DNA of 63,765 nt, the filler included, from Collodictyon triciliatum (lineage: Eukaryota): NCBI GenBank assembly GCA_043381765.1. It is 13 parts of 13 records of this genome, joined end to end, with 100 filler letters (N's around TTAATTAATTAA, not from the genome) between each part and the next. Parts side by side here need not be neighbours in the genome. Positions count along the whole stretch, not along the records: positions 51,434 to 56,079 come from JBHJMP010005888.1; positions 56,180 to 60,825 come from JBHJMP010005889.1; positions 60,926 to 63,765 come from JBHJMP010005954.1; 10 more parts are not named here. The stretch is one strand, 5' to 3'. Below are positions 51,579 through 63,765 of this stretch, one piece after another. The notes under the pieces are model-generated. The model made no database searches. It was not told the DNA's origin and worked only from the letters and a program-made list of their open reading frames with translations. The stretch's first letter is position 1. Every line of letters begins with the position of its first letter. Both the position numbers and the translations under genes were made by a program.

Positions 51579-54500
51579 GAGGCACTTCTATGTCCACTCC
51601 ACGCAACGAAATAGAGTCGCGCATTGATGCGAGTCAGGTCTCTGTATTGTCGGTCAACTCATCCGCCTCCTCTGATTTCTTCTCTGCAGAGACAGAAATG
51701 CAGAGAAGAGCTCCAGCAGTTCGTGACAGACTATCGCCCTCAATGGATGAAGGAAACTCAACGACCAGCACGTCTCCCAATTCATCCAAAAGATCATTTC
51801 GAAGTACTCCCGATAGGCTTCTGTCCAACCCAGCTTCGGCTTCTCGCGCAATATATGAAGAATACCTACAGAGATACGTATGAATCTCTCTGCCGTGTAT
51901 CACATATATCCATTTGATATGAAATCTCCACAATAGCATATCTTTTCTTTTGCCTATTGAGCAGATTCGAAACTGCTCCGCTAAAATCGTACCGACTTCA
52001 CATTTACCCTAAATACCTTAAAATTTTGAGAGCAAAAACAATTACAATTACGACATATTTTTCTTTTCCTTCAAATTTTACCATATAATGCTAAATTTGG
52101 GGGTTTACTTTTGATTTGGTAAACCTCAAATCACCTGTAGGCACACTTATTATTATAGCCGACTAAAACGATATTTACGATACATAGAACTGGGATGAGC
52201 AGAAAACGGCTCCAAAATCAAACACCAGACATCAAACCAATTTTGTAAAGACCGAAGGTCATGAAAAAGAGTCAAAGCACACTAGCGAGTTATCCCTCCG
52301 CCAGGAGATTGAGCACTTACGAGCTCAAGTCCAAGGACTTTCAAAGGCATCCATACAAACAGGAAGTGAGTAGTAATGATACGATTCATTCTTGTTTTCA
52401 TCAATCATAGCACCACATTTTTTTACATTGTGTCCCAATAAAGCCAAAACTTAAATGAAGCGAAGGACCTATTATAATGTAACATATGAAATGTGAAATG
52501 TGAATTGTGAAATGTGAAATGTGAAATGTGAAATGTGAAATGTGAAATGTGAAATGTGAAATGTGAAATGTGAAATGTGAAATGTGAAATGTGAAATGTG
52601 AAATGTGAAATGCCCAATATCAAAGTCGTATATATATATTAATCACGACCATAATCGCAATAAAAAAAAATAATATAAATCTCAGAGCTTGAGAGCCAAG
52701 AGCAACTCAGGCTCATGTCTGAGAAGCTTCAGCTATCTGAATCTCGAAGTTTACAGCTCGAAAAAGGTGTAATTTTAAATTTCATTTTTGTCATGAACAG
52801 TTTCTTTAGTTTGATCACTATGATTATGATTATTTGCAAATTTTTGTGTTATTTTTTTTCCTTTATTCGAGTAAATTTTTGTGTTATAAAGTAAGTTATC
52901 ATTCCTCTATCTATCTCGTTTGGCTACAACTAAACAAATTACAGATCTCATTAGCTCCAAATCGCAACACGAAGGATTGGTAAATAAATTGCGAGGGGAA
53001 AATAAGTCTCTTCAAACTCAAGTTGAATGTTTGCAATCAGAATTGGACCAGGTATGCATTTTTCTCTATGTTATCAAGTGTCATTTCATACCGCATATTT
53101 TTTCATGATGCATTCACTCTCCAATTAGTTGAAATATATTTAAACTATCCATGTTTCTGATGTCTCTTTCAAAACAAAAAAAAAGTCACTATTACTATTA
53201 TAAACTCAATATTCCAAAATTTAGTATACTACATCACTCAAAAGTTCGCGTTCCTTCAGCCTATCAACTGAGTCTGATGAACTCAAGACGCAAATATATT
53301 TACTTCAAGAAAAGAACAGCCAATTAGAGGTATCTCTTCACCGGTAAATTACGTATGTATCGAAATATTCATTAATTACAATTTATACTTAGATATTAAA
53401 TTCAAAGCTTCAAATAAGAGTTCTTGAACTCGAAGAGAACGTCCGAAAATCCGAACACGAAGTGACATCAACTATCACATTATGCATATATTAACAGAAT
53501 ATGGCTGATCCATATTCGTTCATGTTATACGTATTGCTCCTATTCACAACACCTTTAACCATAACAAAGGCATTTCAGCAAGTTCACTACAATAGTAGTC
53601 AGGAAAAAGCACAAGAGTATGCATGCAATTAAAAAGAAACTATTTCATATAATTTAAACTATAATTCGATATTTTCGAGTGGTTTTTACTCTCCCTCTAT
53701 CCTTTACCAAGAATTATTTACCTGCATTACAATATTGTTTCATTTGATAGGGTATCTATTTTTTCTCCAAGAGCATATGTTCCTGCAAGCACAGAAAGGG
53801 AGATGGACAGGAAGTCAGAGTTTCCGATGTCCAAATCCGAGGATATATCTCTATTATTGTCAAACTTGGTGAAGTATGAATTATAATATATTATATGGGA
53901 AACGACAATCGCATATTCTCATGACTTCAACGTGCTCTCAGATTGAAAGAAGATTTGGGTAAAGTTTGGTCAAATAATCAAAATGAATTTCGAGAGGCAT
54001 GTAAATTGTGTGAGACTCGCAACTCAATTAACCTAGTCGTAAGTTATTTCATTGAAGAAGGTGGACTTTTTCAATATCTTAATTTTGTGCCGCTCTTAAC
54101 TCCTATTGTGGACATGTCATATGTTAATGCATGAAACGTAGAATATCAGCCATCAGATATCGCAGTATTTCATCATTCAAACAAAAGATGGAATGGATTC
54201 GTATTATTTCTATATGGATTTTGCTGATATATTATTCCATTTCATGTACAAATTATCATACCCATTTCCCATGGATGAAATGTTTTCCACTTTTTCTAAT
54301 TAAAACTATCACTATTACTCTTCAGAGCTTACACCTCTGATGTGATAATGATGATCAGAGAGGTTTTGGTCAAAATGCACGCAGGGAGGTTGTTAAAACA
54401 CCAGAGCGATACATTTTTATTCATTCGTATATATTTCTCCAATTTGAAATATAATCATATTCAATTGTGTAAATTTACCAAATTTTACTAGAGAAAATAA

Positions 54501-55972
54501 CTACGCACAATCTGTTAATTGGATTCAAGTATTTCATCAGTTACTGCGAGACCACAGTTTGCCGGAATTTACTTTGACTTTAATTAAACCTCATATTGAT
54601 AATATCGAGCAATTTTATCACAATGACTGTTTGGTTGTTCAGCAAATAGCCTCTCACGAGAGCAAAAGGTTTTTTTTTTTTTGAGAATTAGCTTAACCAA
54701 TTTAAATTTCTTAAACTAGTCATACTCACTTATCGATGCTACTTCCTCTATACGCTTTTCCAATCAGTTTGGAATTGATTTCATCTTTGAAGTCCCTTGG
54801 AGATTTATCTTTTATTTTATCATTATGAACCTCCAACTCGATATAGCATATCTTGGATTGTCAATTTTACAGAGCAACTATGTAAAGTGAATACGTCCTT
54901 ACAAAATATCCTAATGGCTATATTAGAGTCTGGTAACGCCTTTGTTATCTTTATTAAAAAAAAATAATGTAATATTGTCACTCAATTTCAAAACTTATTC
55001 ACGTGAGGTTGCAAATAGGTCAAATAAAGGAGACCCGAATACGTCCTGATTCTTCCAAGTTATTCTCAAAATTTTAATTATTTTTGTTGATATATAGAGA
55101 ATTAAAAAAAAGAAGAAAAAACTTACTATTTCAAATGTGATTAGATTCGATGAAAATCCAACAAAATCATCTATGGGATATCCCATTTCGGTAACACAAA
55201 CTATATAATTGACCTGTAATTTGCGAAAGTGTATTTCTGAGGGCGATATTTTTATTTATCTATTTTAATATTTTTTTTTGTTTAAATACAAAAATTCTGC
55301 ATTCTTAATGCTTATCACATCAGGATTTAAAACAAGTTCATAGTCGAGTAGATTGCAATTCTGTAAGAATAAGTTTATTACTTCAATGTCATTTAAATGA
55401 TTACAACCCTTACATCTCAAATATGTAATACATAAAACTGTAGAGTTTGTGGTATACATTTGCACTGACTAGGATAATATACACATAAACTGTCTCTATG
55501 GGGCCATCAGCCAAGCAAGCCACATACTCTTTTTGCAGATAGTTCAGATAACTCGTTTTCTATCCTACCAAATGTATTACTTCAAATCATACTTTTCAAA
55601 GTTCTATTTTGTTTTAATTTACTTTATTAAAAACCAAAATATCTTAATTAATTCCCTCCGTTGAAAGATAATTCCGCAACGAGAAAACAAAAGGTTTTTT
55701 TTTTACCGTATAAATTTTATGACGTGATCGATTTTCTATTATAATGCCAAGAGGGGATGCTGCACTCAATTAACTAGGTCACATGCATGATTTCCCTAAA
55801 AGAATGATAATCTCAATCGTCATATACGGCCATGTATCTTATATACACTCATTATCACTAGGCTTGATAGTACATTGGGTAACTCTGTATCTGATGAAAA
55901 TTCCCTGTCTGAATCCAATGAAGAGGGAGCTACATCGATCGAAAAATCACTGACTTTCCAGGAGGAAAAAAG
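51579..55972 (+). CDS. Unknown many-exon protein with a Ser-rich region and coiled coils (partial at both ends)
   Basis: In-frame GT-AG exons such as LRQEIEHLRAQVQGLSK, LESQEQLRLMSEKLQLSESRSLQLEK and LVNKLRGENKSLQTQVECLQSELDQ. No domain recognised. Confidence 0.55.
52486..52612 (+). repeat. (TGTGAAA)n 7-bp intronic repeat
   Basis: Directly visible tandem run. Confidence 0.93.
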
Positions 55973-56026
55973 GCATAAAGTACCTTTTTTTTTAAAAAAA
56001 TAATATAAATAAATAAATAAATAATA

Positions 56027-56077
<51 letters not shown>

Positions 56078-57071
56078 ATNNNNNNNNNNNNNNNNNNNNN
56101 NNNNNNNNNNNNNNNNNNNNNNNTTAATTAATTAANNNNNNNNNNNNNNNNNNNNNNNNNNNNNNNNNNNNNNNNNNNNTATTGAGAATTGGAAATACAA
56201 AAAAAAAAAAAAATAAAGAATGGAATGAATAGAAAGATAGTAATTCAGAGAAACCCAAAAGGAATTCGACAAGTATTGAGTGCTATCCTGATTCAGGTGA
56301 AAGGAAGGAATCTTATGTGGCTTCTGCCTCTTAAGTGAGGCTTGTAGATAATAGATGAGGAGAAAAGAAAGTATGTTGGAGTTGGTCGCAACCCTTTTGA
56401 CCGCCACGTTGAGCGGGCTCTCGCCAATCTTCTCTGAAAGTTGCTGCTCTCGGCCTCCCATAAGCTAATGGATTCTGCAATAGGGGTTTAGATCCAGATA
56501 GATATTAAAAAAAAAAAGTTAGACATTAGCTGTTTAAGTGCTTTCTCTCTTTTCTCTCTTTTTTCTCTTTTTCTCCTCTTTTCTTTCTTTTCTTTCTTTT
56601 CTTTCTTTTCTTTCTTTTTCCTTTTTTTCCTCTTTTTTCCTCTTTTTTCTCTTTTTCTTTTTTTTTCTTTTTTCTCTTTTTTTTCTTTTTTTCTCTTTTT
56701 TCTCTTTTTTCTCTTTTTTCTCTTTTTTCTCTTTTCTCTCTTTTTCCTCTTTTTCCTCTTTTTCCTCTTTTCTTTCTTTTCTTTCTTTTTTCCAATTCTG
56801 ATCCATTTGCATTCACCAATTAGATGGGTAACTGTTTCGGGTCTTTGAATGAACAGAAAATTTGCACAATGCATAGTATATGTATGTACTTGTAAATTTA
56901 CAATATATATCTCAAAATAATGATTGAATGAGGGTTTCTACGTATTATATAATATATTCCAAATATAGAAATTTATACAGGGCATGAATGGGCGTATTAC
57001 GAAACTTTTTAATTTTTTTCCCTTTTCTTTTTTATTCGCGCCCTCTTTATCAGATTAATGGAAGGCAGACG

Positions 57072-60000
57072 TCATTTCCCAAGTTGGGGGTTGATGAAGA
57101 TATTTTCTTTGATGCTATTCTTTTCAAGAGTTCCTCTTACTAACTGGCCAATGGAGTTTAGGGTGGCGCCATAGTCGATGATTTGGATAGAGGAGTCGAT
57201 GAGTCTGTCGAAGCTGAGGAGGTGGGTTTCGTTGAGATACACACTGATAATTTTTTTCCCAAAATTAATACGAATCTTGACTTTTGTGTGTTTTTCGGAC
57301 GACTGCGATAAAGAAACATCGACATCAGAAATAGCGGGGTCGTTCCTGTGTAATGTTTTCAATTTAAGTGCTCGCTTGAGGTTGGTTGTTTTCTAATACT
57401 ATTATTAGTACTAATGGAAGTTACTTCATAGAAATACAACAAAATAGAAAAAGAAAATTCACCCTCCTAAACAGTTGATCAGGCGAATGCGTTCCATAGA
57501 CATATCGATTTGAACCCCAAGGCTACCGGGCAATCTCCCCAATTCATGGTCTTTTGGGTAATTAGGCCCAGCAAAGCCCACGGTGACACACTGGCTCGCC
57601 CCAGCAAGTGACACGGTAAATGTTGCAGTGTATATGTCCTGGGTTAAAGCTGACACAGGCTGGGAAAACTGCGCAGTAAAGTCTGAATCGGTGAATTGGG
57701 AGTAGATCAGAAAAGGATCCACAAAATGCAGTACGTGGGACTTAAAATTGGTAACCAAGTCGGTATATTCCATCACCGTGCTATTTGCCTCGTTCTCTGG
57801 GTTTGACAGTCGGGAAACTCGGACTAATGAGATAGAATCACCTGACAGTGGTTGGATGAAAGGAACAACACACCAAGAACGAGGGAGTTTCAAAACATAG
57901 ATGAACGTTTGCTGTGATATACTTATTGTGATTGTGTTATCCACCGGATTGAAATGGTACCCCATAAAACATCGTCCAGATCGACGCAAATCTAAAAACT
58001 GGGCAACAAGCCTTTTTGAAGAGAAGACTTCACCTGTTGCAGAGTTTATTGACATGGTATACTTGGAAAAATCAACATCAGAGTAATTTTCATGGAGACG
58101 GATATCTTTGAGGTAAGGAGAAAAGCCGAATATAACATCTCCTCGCAGAAGCCACATGGAGAAGCTAAATTGCTCAGATTCACATTTCACAAAGGTAGGA
58201 AGTTCAATGCGTCTGGCCATTTTTGTGGCTGCAGTTACCATGTACCATGAAGCAGTATCAGACTGTTTCAATGCGCTCATTTCATACTCCTTGTATGTTT
58301 CTGCTTGATTCATGTGCTCTAAAGGGATGTTGCTCAAACTGAACCCTCTCTTTGACCTATCATGGGAGGCATCTAGTGTATAAAAGAAAAATGGAAGTAG
58401 ATTTAGACAGATGATTTGTCTTACATGTTGATGGAGAAAAAAAGAAGAGATAATCAAGACGTATAAAGACCTTCGAAGGTAATAGTGCTTTTTGAGGACA
58501 AATCCGTTCTGGCATCACCCTGCTAATTATAATTTGATGCCTATCAGACCGATTTCTTTTGTTTTTCTTGTTTTGTTTCGTTTTTGTTTAAAAAAAAAAA
58601 GAGGAGGGGATACGCAAGGACGAAGAATATATAAAATTATTCGACCGTATTAGTAATTACTAGTGCATATTATCAAAGGATTGGTTCATAAACCATCTCG
58701 AATAAAAAAAACGAACCTTTCTTCTGAATATAGAGTACCATATTTTCACAGCACAAAAAAACTTGTGAATATATCTGAAAACAATCCAGAGAGGAAGAGT
58801 TGATATCCATATGATAAGTAAGTTGCAATATGCTAGCTTCATTCCGATATTGCATCCCCTCGTGAATTCGAATACATGACCTCCAGTCAAAAGGAAAATA
58901 AATGGATAGAAAACTATAAAAAGTATAGAGTTCAGAAGCCAAGCACTAAATATAGATAAGGAGTCGACCAACCCATCGAAAACCCCCATGTTGGCATATG
59001 ATTCAGCCCAAATAAGTCGTCCATTTGGGAAAGGATACACAGCATGTATGTTCGAGCAGAATGAAGTGTATGTCAAAAGGCTTGCCCAAATACTTATCCT
59101 TTCAGCTATGGGCCATCTGCAAATAGCGTAAAGGACCGATAAACCGTTCAACGGAGGCGGCAAGGACGACTCTTTCATAAAATATACTGTTTCAAAAAAG
59201 GTCTTCTTCTGTTCATTTTGGGCTCTTTTTTCAAAAGTTTCATAAGTTGAGCTCAGCATAGCTATGAAAAAATTCATTAATAAAATAATAATTGTGATGA
59301 TGAACAAGATTCCATCAAATCCAGCGTAAAATGACTGACCCGATGTAAAGTCAGTGAGGTCGAAGTTACCAAACATGGAGCCGATAACAGTCGAGGCTGA
59401 TATTTGGAAGTATGCATACTTGGAATTAAGTCCGCCATATGCCAACAGAAAATGCAAAGAAAACGCAACCAGGAAAACAGACAGAAAAATCATAAACCGA
59501 AACAAATCTTTTAGCATATTTATGACAATTATTTGCATTAGTCCCAAAAAAGGGAGAACACCTGTGTAAAAAAGTAAGCGAATATAGGACATAAGTACGG
59601 TAAGTCCGAGAATATTTGTCGAGACTTCCCATAAATACCCGAGGGCTATGACGTTGTTGTGTATTTTTTCCACGTCTTGTATAGTATAATCTGTTAATTT
59701 TGTCATGGTATCTTCCATGTAGGCGAGGAAGATATAAAATCCACAAAGTATTATATCAAACTTCATCCATGAATCTATGTGGCCATACCTGATGTATGAA
59801 AACATTCTTTGACAAAGATATAATATAAAGCAACTGATCCATACACCAAGGGTTATACGGAATGATCGAACATATTCTTCCGAATCTGTGACCCATCCTT
59901 TCGGAATTGTAGTTACTTTGGCCCACGAGTTTGCTGAACCAGTAGGAAGAAACTCAAAGAATAATGAAACGACACTGACAGCATCGATATTGTCAACCGA

Positions 60001-60825
60001 AACAACAAAATCAATCGAAATAAATCGGGTTTGGGGATCTAACCAATAGTTTTCGAAAACGAAAATCATCGACCAAATCATAGTATCTATATCTGGGGAT
60101 AGTTGTAAAGAATATCCTTTTGGAGAATAGTAAACACCTGATGGACTTTGTGTATTTAAATAGAACACTGGTGTTTTTTTGGAGTATGAAAATACACCTT
60201 CCGGACCAAATGAATTCATTTCGATGTTTTTCATGGAAAAGACACCAGAGCAATTGTATCGATTCCCGAGTTCATAGTCAACTTTCCTATCTGTATAACT
60301 CAGCAAGCTACAAGGTTCTAATTTGACTCTGTGCTGACGGATTCTAAATAAACCCATTGTCCTATAGTAGGAGAAGCCATCCACAGATTCATAACTGGGT
60401 GTAAGAGAACTGAAATCATAAGGCCCATATATAAGATTGGGAAGGAACGGATACTCTACAAATTTCCAGAATTTGTCAGCGCTTGACACCTCGCTGGGGT
60501 CGAATGCGTTGGCCACAAGTTGGGTTACAGCATATGAAGTAACTCCGTTTGCCATTATTCTCATATAAACAAAGTACGTGAGGTATGCCAAGTACAACAA
60601 GTACAAGATCAGACTCAGCAAAAATTTAGCTTTCATAGAGTGTATGAATCGAGGAAGGAGGTCCTTGACATAGAGCTTTACCCAAAAGATAAGAGAAGAC
60701 AGGCTCCATCCCGAAGGCATCTGTGGGAATACATGCTCCATGAAATATGAATCTGGAGATGAATTGGAATGCCACAATGAATCCCCTCTTTTTTGAACCA
60801 GCGGATGCTCAAGATAAATGTAGGC
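57072..60825 (-). CDS. TRP-superfamily cation channel with polycystin (TOP) domain and C-terminal SPRY-like region, 4 exons, 5' truncated
   Basis: GLFRIRQHRVKLEPC, YSPKGY and NYWLDPQTRFISIDF..FFEFLPTG mark the polycystin loop. S2-S6 follow, with DLFRFMIFLSVFLVAFS, pore MFGNFD and LLMNFFIAMLSSTY. The C-terminal CVTVGFA..ELGRLPGSLG is SPRY-like. Stop TGA at 57072-57074. Confidence 0.85.
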
Positions 60826-60925
60826 NNNNNNNNNNNNNNNNNNNNNNNNNNNNNNNNNNNNNNNNNNNNTTAATTAATTAANNNNNNNNNNNNNNNNNNN
60901 NNNNNNNNNNNNNNNNNNNNNNNNN

Positions 60926-61013
<88 letters not shown>

Positions 61014-61014
<1 letters not shown>

Positions 61015-61840
61015 TCAGGAAGTCTCGCCATTGTCTGGAAAGAAAAGTCGGGGTCGTGGAAGCATCCTTGACAGGACACATTAGCGGGTGTCCACCGACA
61101 GACTTCACCGACTTGGATGCAAAAGAAGGGCAGAGATGAAGCGGAAAAGGAGGACTTGGTCGTGGAGGGCGGAGGCTTCGCCCCTGCGGCCAGGTCGCTG
61201 GACGGACGAGAAGGAGCGCGGCCTTGTCTGGACAGGGAGATGCGGCTTGGCGGGGGATGAGATGTCGACGACAGCACCGATCCGCGACTGGATCAGCTGG
61301 ACCGGAGTGGCCTCGGAGAGCAGGTCGACGGCGCCGGCAGAGAAGAACTCGTCCAGGTATGGGTCCAGGCAGCACTCCGAGGGGACGAGGACTGATGGAA
61401 GAGAGACGGCAGACAAAAGATAACAGACGGCAGACAAAGGATAACAAACGACAGACAAAGGATAACAAACGACAGACGAGAGACCGGGTCAGCGGCGGAA
61501 ATGCGGACACAGGGAGGCAGGGAAAGGTTACCAAAGACCGGGGCGCTGGCGTGGGGCAGGACAACGCTGCGGATCTGGCGCAGAAGATAGAGGCCGGGGG
61601 CGGAGCATTCGATCAGCACCAGGCGCAGGGCCGCGCTGATGGCCTTGGCCTTCTCCAGCCCCTGTGCGGGCGTGTGCACGCAGACAACTGCATTTGCGGG
61701 GGGCTGAGTCTGGCGTGTGGCATGAGGCGTGTGGCATGAGGGGTGGCGCGCAAACCTGGCTCGTTCTCGAAGCCCTGCAGGGACTGCAGCTTGGCGGCCA
61801 GGCCTTGTGCCGGCTGGCTGGAGTAGATCAGCACGGTCAT
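61014..61840 (-). CDS. Protein with an N-terminal degenerate response-regulator receiver (pseudo-REC) domain, 3' truncated
   Basis: Three spliced exons give MTVLIYSS..VVCVHTPAQGLEKAKA..LRLVLIECSAPGLYLLRQIRS..APVFVLV..YLDEFFSAGAVDLL..QLIQSRIGAVV, the (beta/alpha)5 REC pattern. Confidence 0.6.
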
Positions 61841-61918
61841 GGGCGCAACGCTGTCTGTTTGGGCGGGTTGTTCGGGCGGTTTATTTGGGGCTGTCGGTCT
61901 GGCGAGGCGCTTATCTGG

Positions 61919-63437
61919 CTAGTCTTCGTGGTCGGACTCGGAGTCGCTGCGGATGTCCTTCTCCATCGTCCCCACAACCGCCATTCGGTAGACCATCCGC
62001 ACGATGAGCAGGAACCAGTAGTGGTGCAGGACAACGAGGATCCACAGGAGGATGCCTGGTGCGTGCGGTGCGTGTGAGCGTGGGTGTGAGCGCAGATGCC
62101 GGGTGCACAGGAATGATATGGTCGTCAAACGGAGGAGGAAAACAAGATTGAGAGCCAAAATGGAGCTGAACCCACCAAAAAAGTACGCCATGGGGGGATG
62201 GGGAGAGAAGTTGCTGATTACCTCGAACCCATACAGGCTGTCAGTATAGCACAGGAAAAGAAAGAAAAGCTGGTGAGTACACAATTGGGTCATTATCGTC
62301 ACCAATAGTATTTTTTCCTTTTTCCACGGAAAAGACATAGTTTGCAAGATATAGTCTAATCAAAAGGCAGCGAGTTTTCACCGCATACAAATACAAGGTG
62401 TACAACAAAGGCTTTCTTCGGGACAGCTGCTCACTATATTTTGTACGCGATGATGTAGGAGTAGGCATATAGGCGGAAGACAATCCATGATAACACGAAA
62501 AGCCCAAATATGAGGTCGGGCAGCCGTTTGAACCCAAAATATTTGCAGCATTTGCCAAGTTCCAGGACGACATCCGAAGGGTCATGGGCGAGCAAAACCA
62601 AAACACCTACTCGTGTGTACCTGACCCCGTATGTACAAGACGAATTTTGATATTGTGATATTTCAACAAATTGATCGTTTGAATTAGATGTCTCTCACTT
62701 AGTAATATGTAACTAGGATTGTGGTTGTGATTATGGGTCATAGACAAAAAAGAAAAAAGAAAATGAAAAGAAATGGAAATGGAAATGGAAATGGAAAAGA
62801 AAAAGAAAAGAGGAAAGAAGAAAGAAGAAAGAAGAAAGAAGAAAGAAGAAAGAAGAAAGAGGAAAGAGGAAAGAAGAAAGAAGAAAGAAGAAAATAATTG
62901 AGAATGTGATGAGGGTAAGGTTCCATGACATATGACATGACCAGATGATACAAACCCCACGGTGTACGAGAAAACGATAAGGAAGACCGTGGCAAAGTGA
63001 TGAATGATGTATTCAGCAAAATCTTTGCGCTTTACATCCACAAAAACAGTTATTAACATGTGAATATTGTAGGAAAGCTCCAGAAGGTAGTATATTCCAG
63101 TCAAATCTCTGTGTTGATTGAACCATGAAGTGAGTAATCAGATACAAATGAAAATCACTCATTGTGAAGATATACTTGCTCCATATTTCGAAAAAAATTC
63201 ATTTCATATCCTGCGTTTGCCTTTCTTTTTCTTTTTGTGTTTGTATTTGTATAAAAAGACTCACTTAATTGGGTGGCTTGGGAATCCAAGCCAGATTTTC
63301 TGGTGGTCGAAGAGGTAATCTTCATCGTAGACAGCATAAATACCAAACGCAAGGACAAAAGAATACATGACGAGCTTGAAGGCAGACTCGCGAAATTTAA
63401 CATAATCCGATTCCTTCTCCACAAAGGCACACATCGG
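61919..63437 (-). CDS. Ceramide synthase (LAG1/CerS, TLC domain), 5' exon(s) unresolved
   Basis: KFRESAFKLVMY, YYLLELSY, the Lag1 motif KRKDFAEYIIHHFATVFLIVFSY..RVGVLVLLAHDPSDVVLE, SWIVFRL, LVVLHHYWFLLIVRM, and the acidic tail DIRSDSESDHED*. Confidence 0.95.
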
Positions 63438-63690
63438 CTTGAATTGAATGTTTTGTATGAGGTATTTTAATATAAGAAATTTTTAATAACTGCATTTCAT
63501 TTAAAATTGAATTTTTTTTTAAAAAGATAACCACAAAATTGAGCATAATGTCGATTGAACAGACAATGGGTCTTGGATTAAACATAGATACACAAGCTGA
63601 CTCGTATTTCCGTTCAATAAGTAATATACTTTTGAAAGGATCTTTTCAGGTAAAGTTGTTTAGAGTAGGCCGTTCAGCAATCCGGATTGC

Positions 63691-63721
<31 letters not shown>

Positions 63722-63765
63722 AAAACAAAATAGAAAAAAAAAAAAGAACAAAAAAACATACAAGG

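Overview
This is eukaryotic draft-assembly DNA, not one contiguous locus. At least 13 unrelated scaffolds of about 4.65 kb are joined by artificial 100-nt linkers (44 N + TTAATTAATTAA + 44 N), so adjacency across a linker means nothing. The genes have many short GT-AG introns with microsatellites and use the standard genetic code. An axonemal dynein implies a flagellated organism, probably a protist, but the species cannot be identified from this window. Recognisable genes, most truncated at scaffold ends: an FPK1/KIN82/nrc-2-type AGC kinase, TFIIH p34 (Tfb4), an intronless tandem-duplicated glycosyltransferase-like gene, a secreted WD40 + Cys-rich repeat protein, a bubblegum-type acyl-CoA synthetase, a DNAH6-like dynein N-terminus, KDM5/JARID1, VPS35, a secreted GMC oxidoreductase, a polycystin-domain TRP channel, a pseudo-receiver-domain protein and a LAG1 ceramide synthase. 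There is also a tRNA-Lys-derived pseudogene and one entirely non-coding, highly structured repeat scaffold (46685-51333). Best candidates for something new: (1) an extracellular HET-E-like WD40 propeller, variable at its predicted binding positions, on an expandable Cys-rich stalk; (2) the ~320-bp array whose most conserved part is a tandem-GA/GNA-loop ssDNA-type hairpin, flanked by telo-box and ACGTCA modules; (3) a TRP channel combining group-2 (polycystin) and group-1 (pre-S1, TRP box 2) hallmarks with a SPRY-like tail. All family assignments come from motif recognition by eye, not from database searches.
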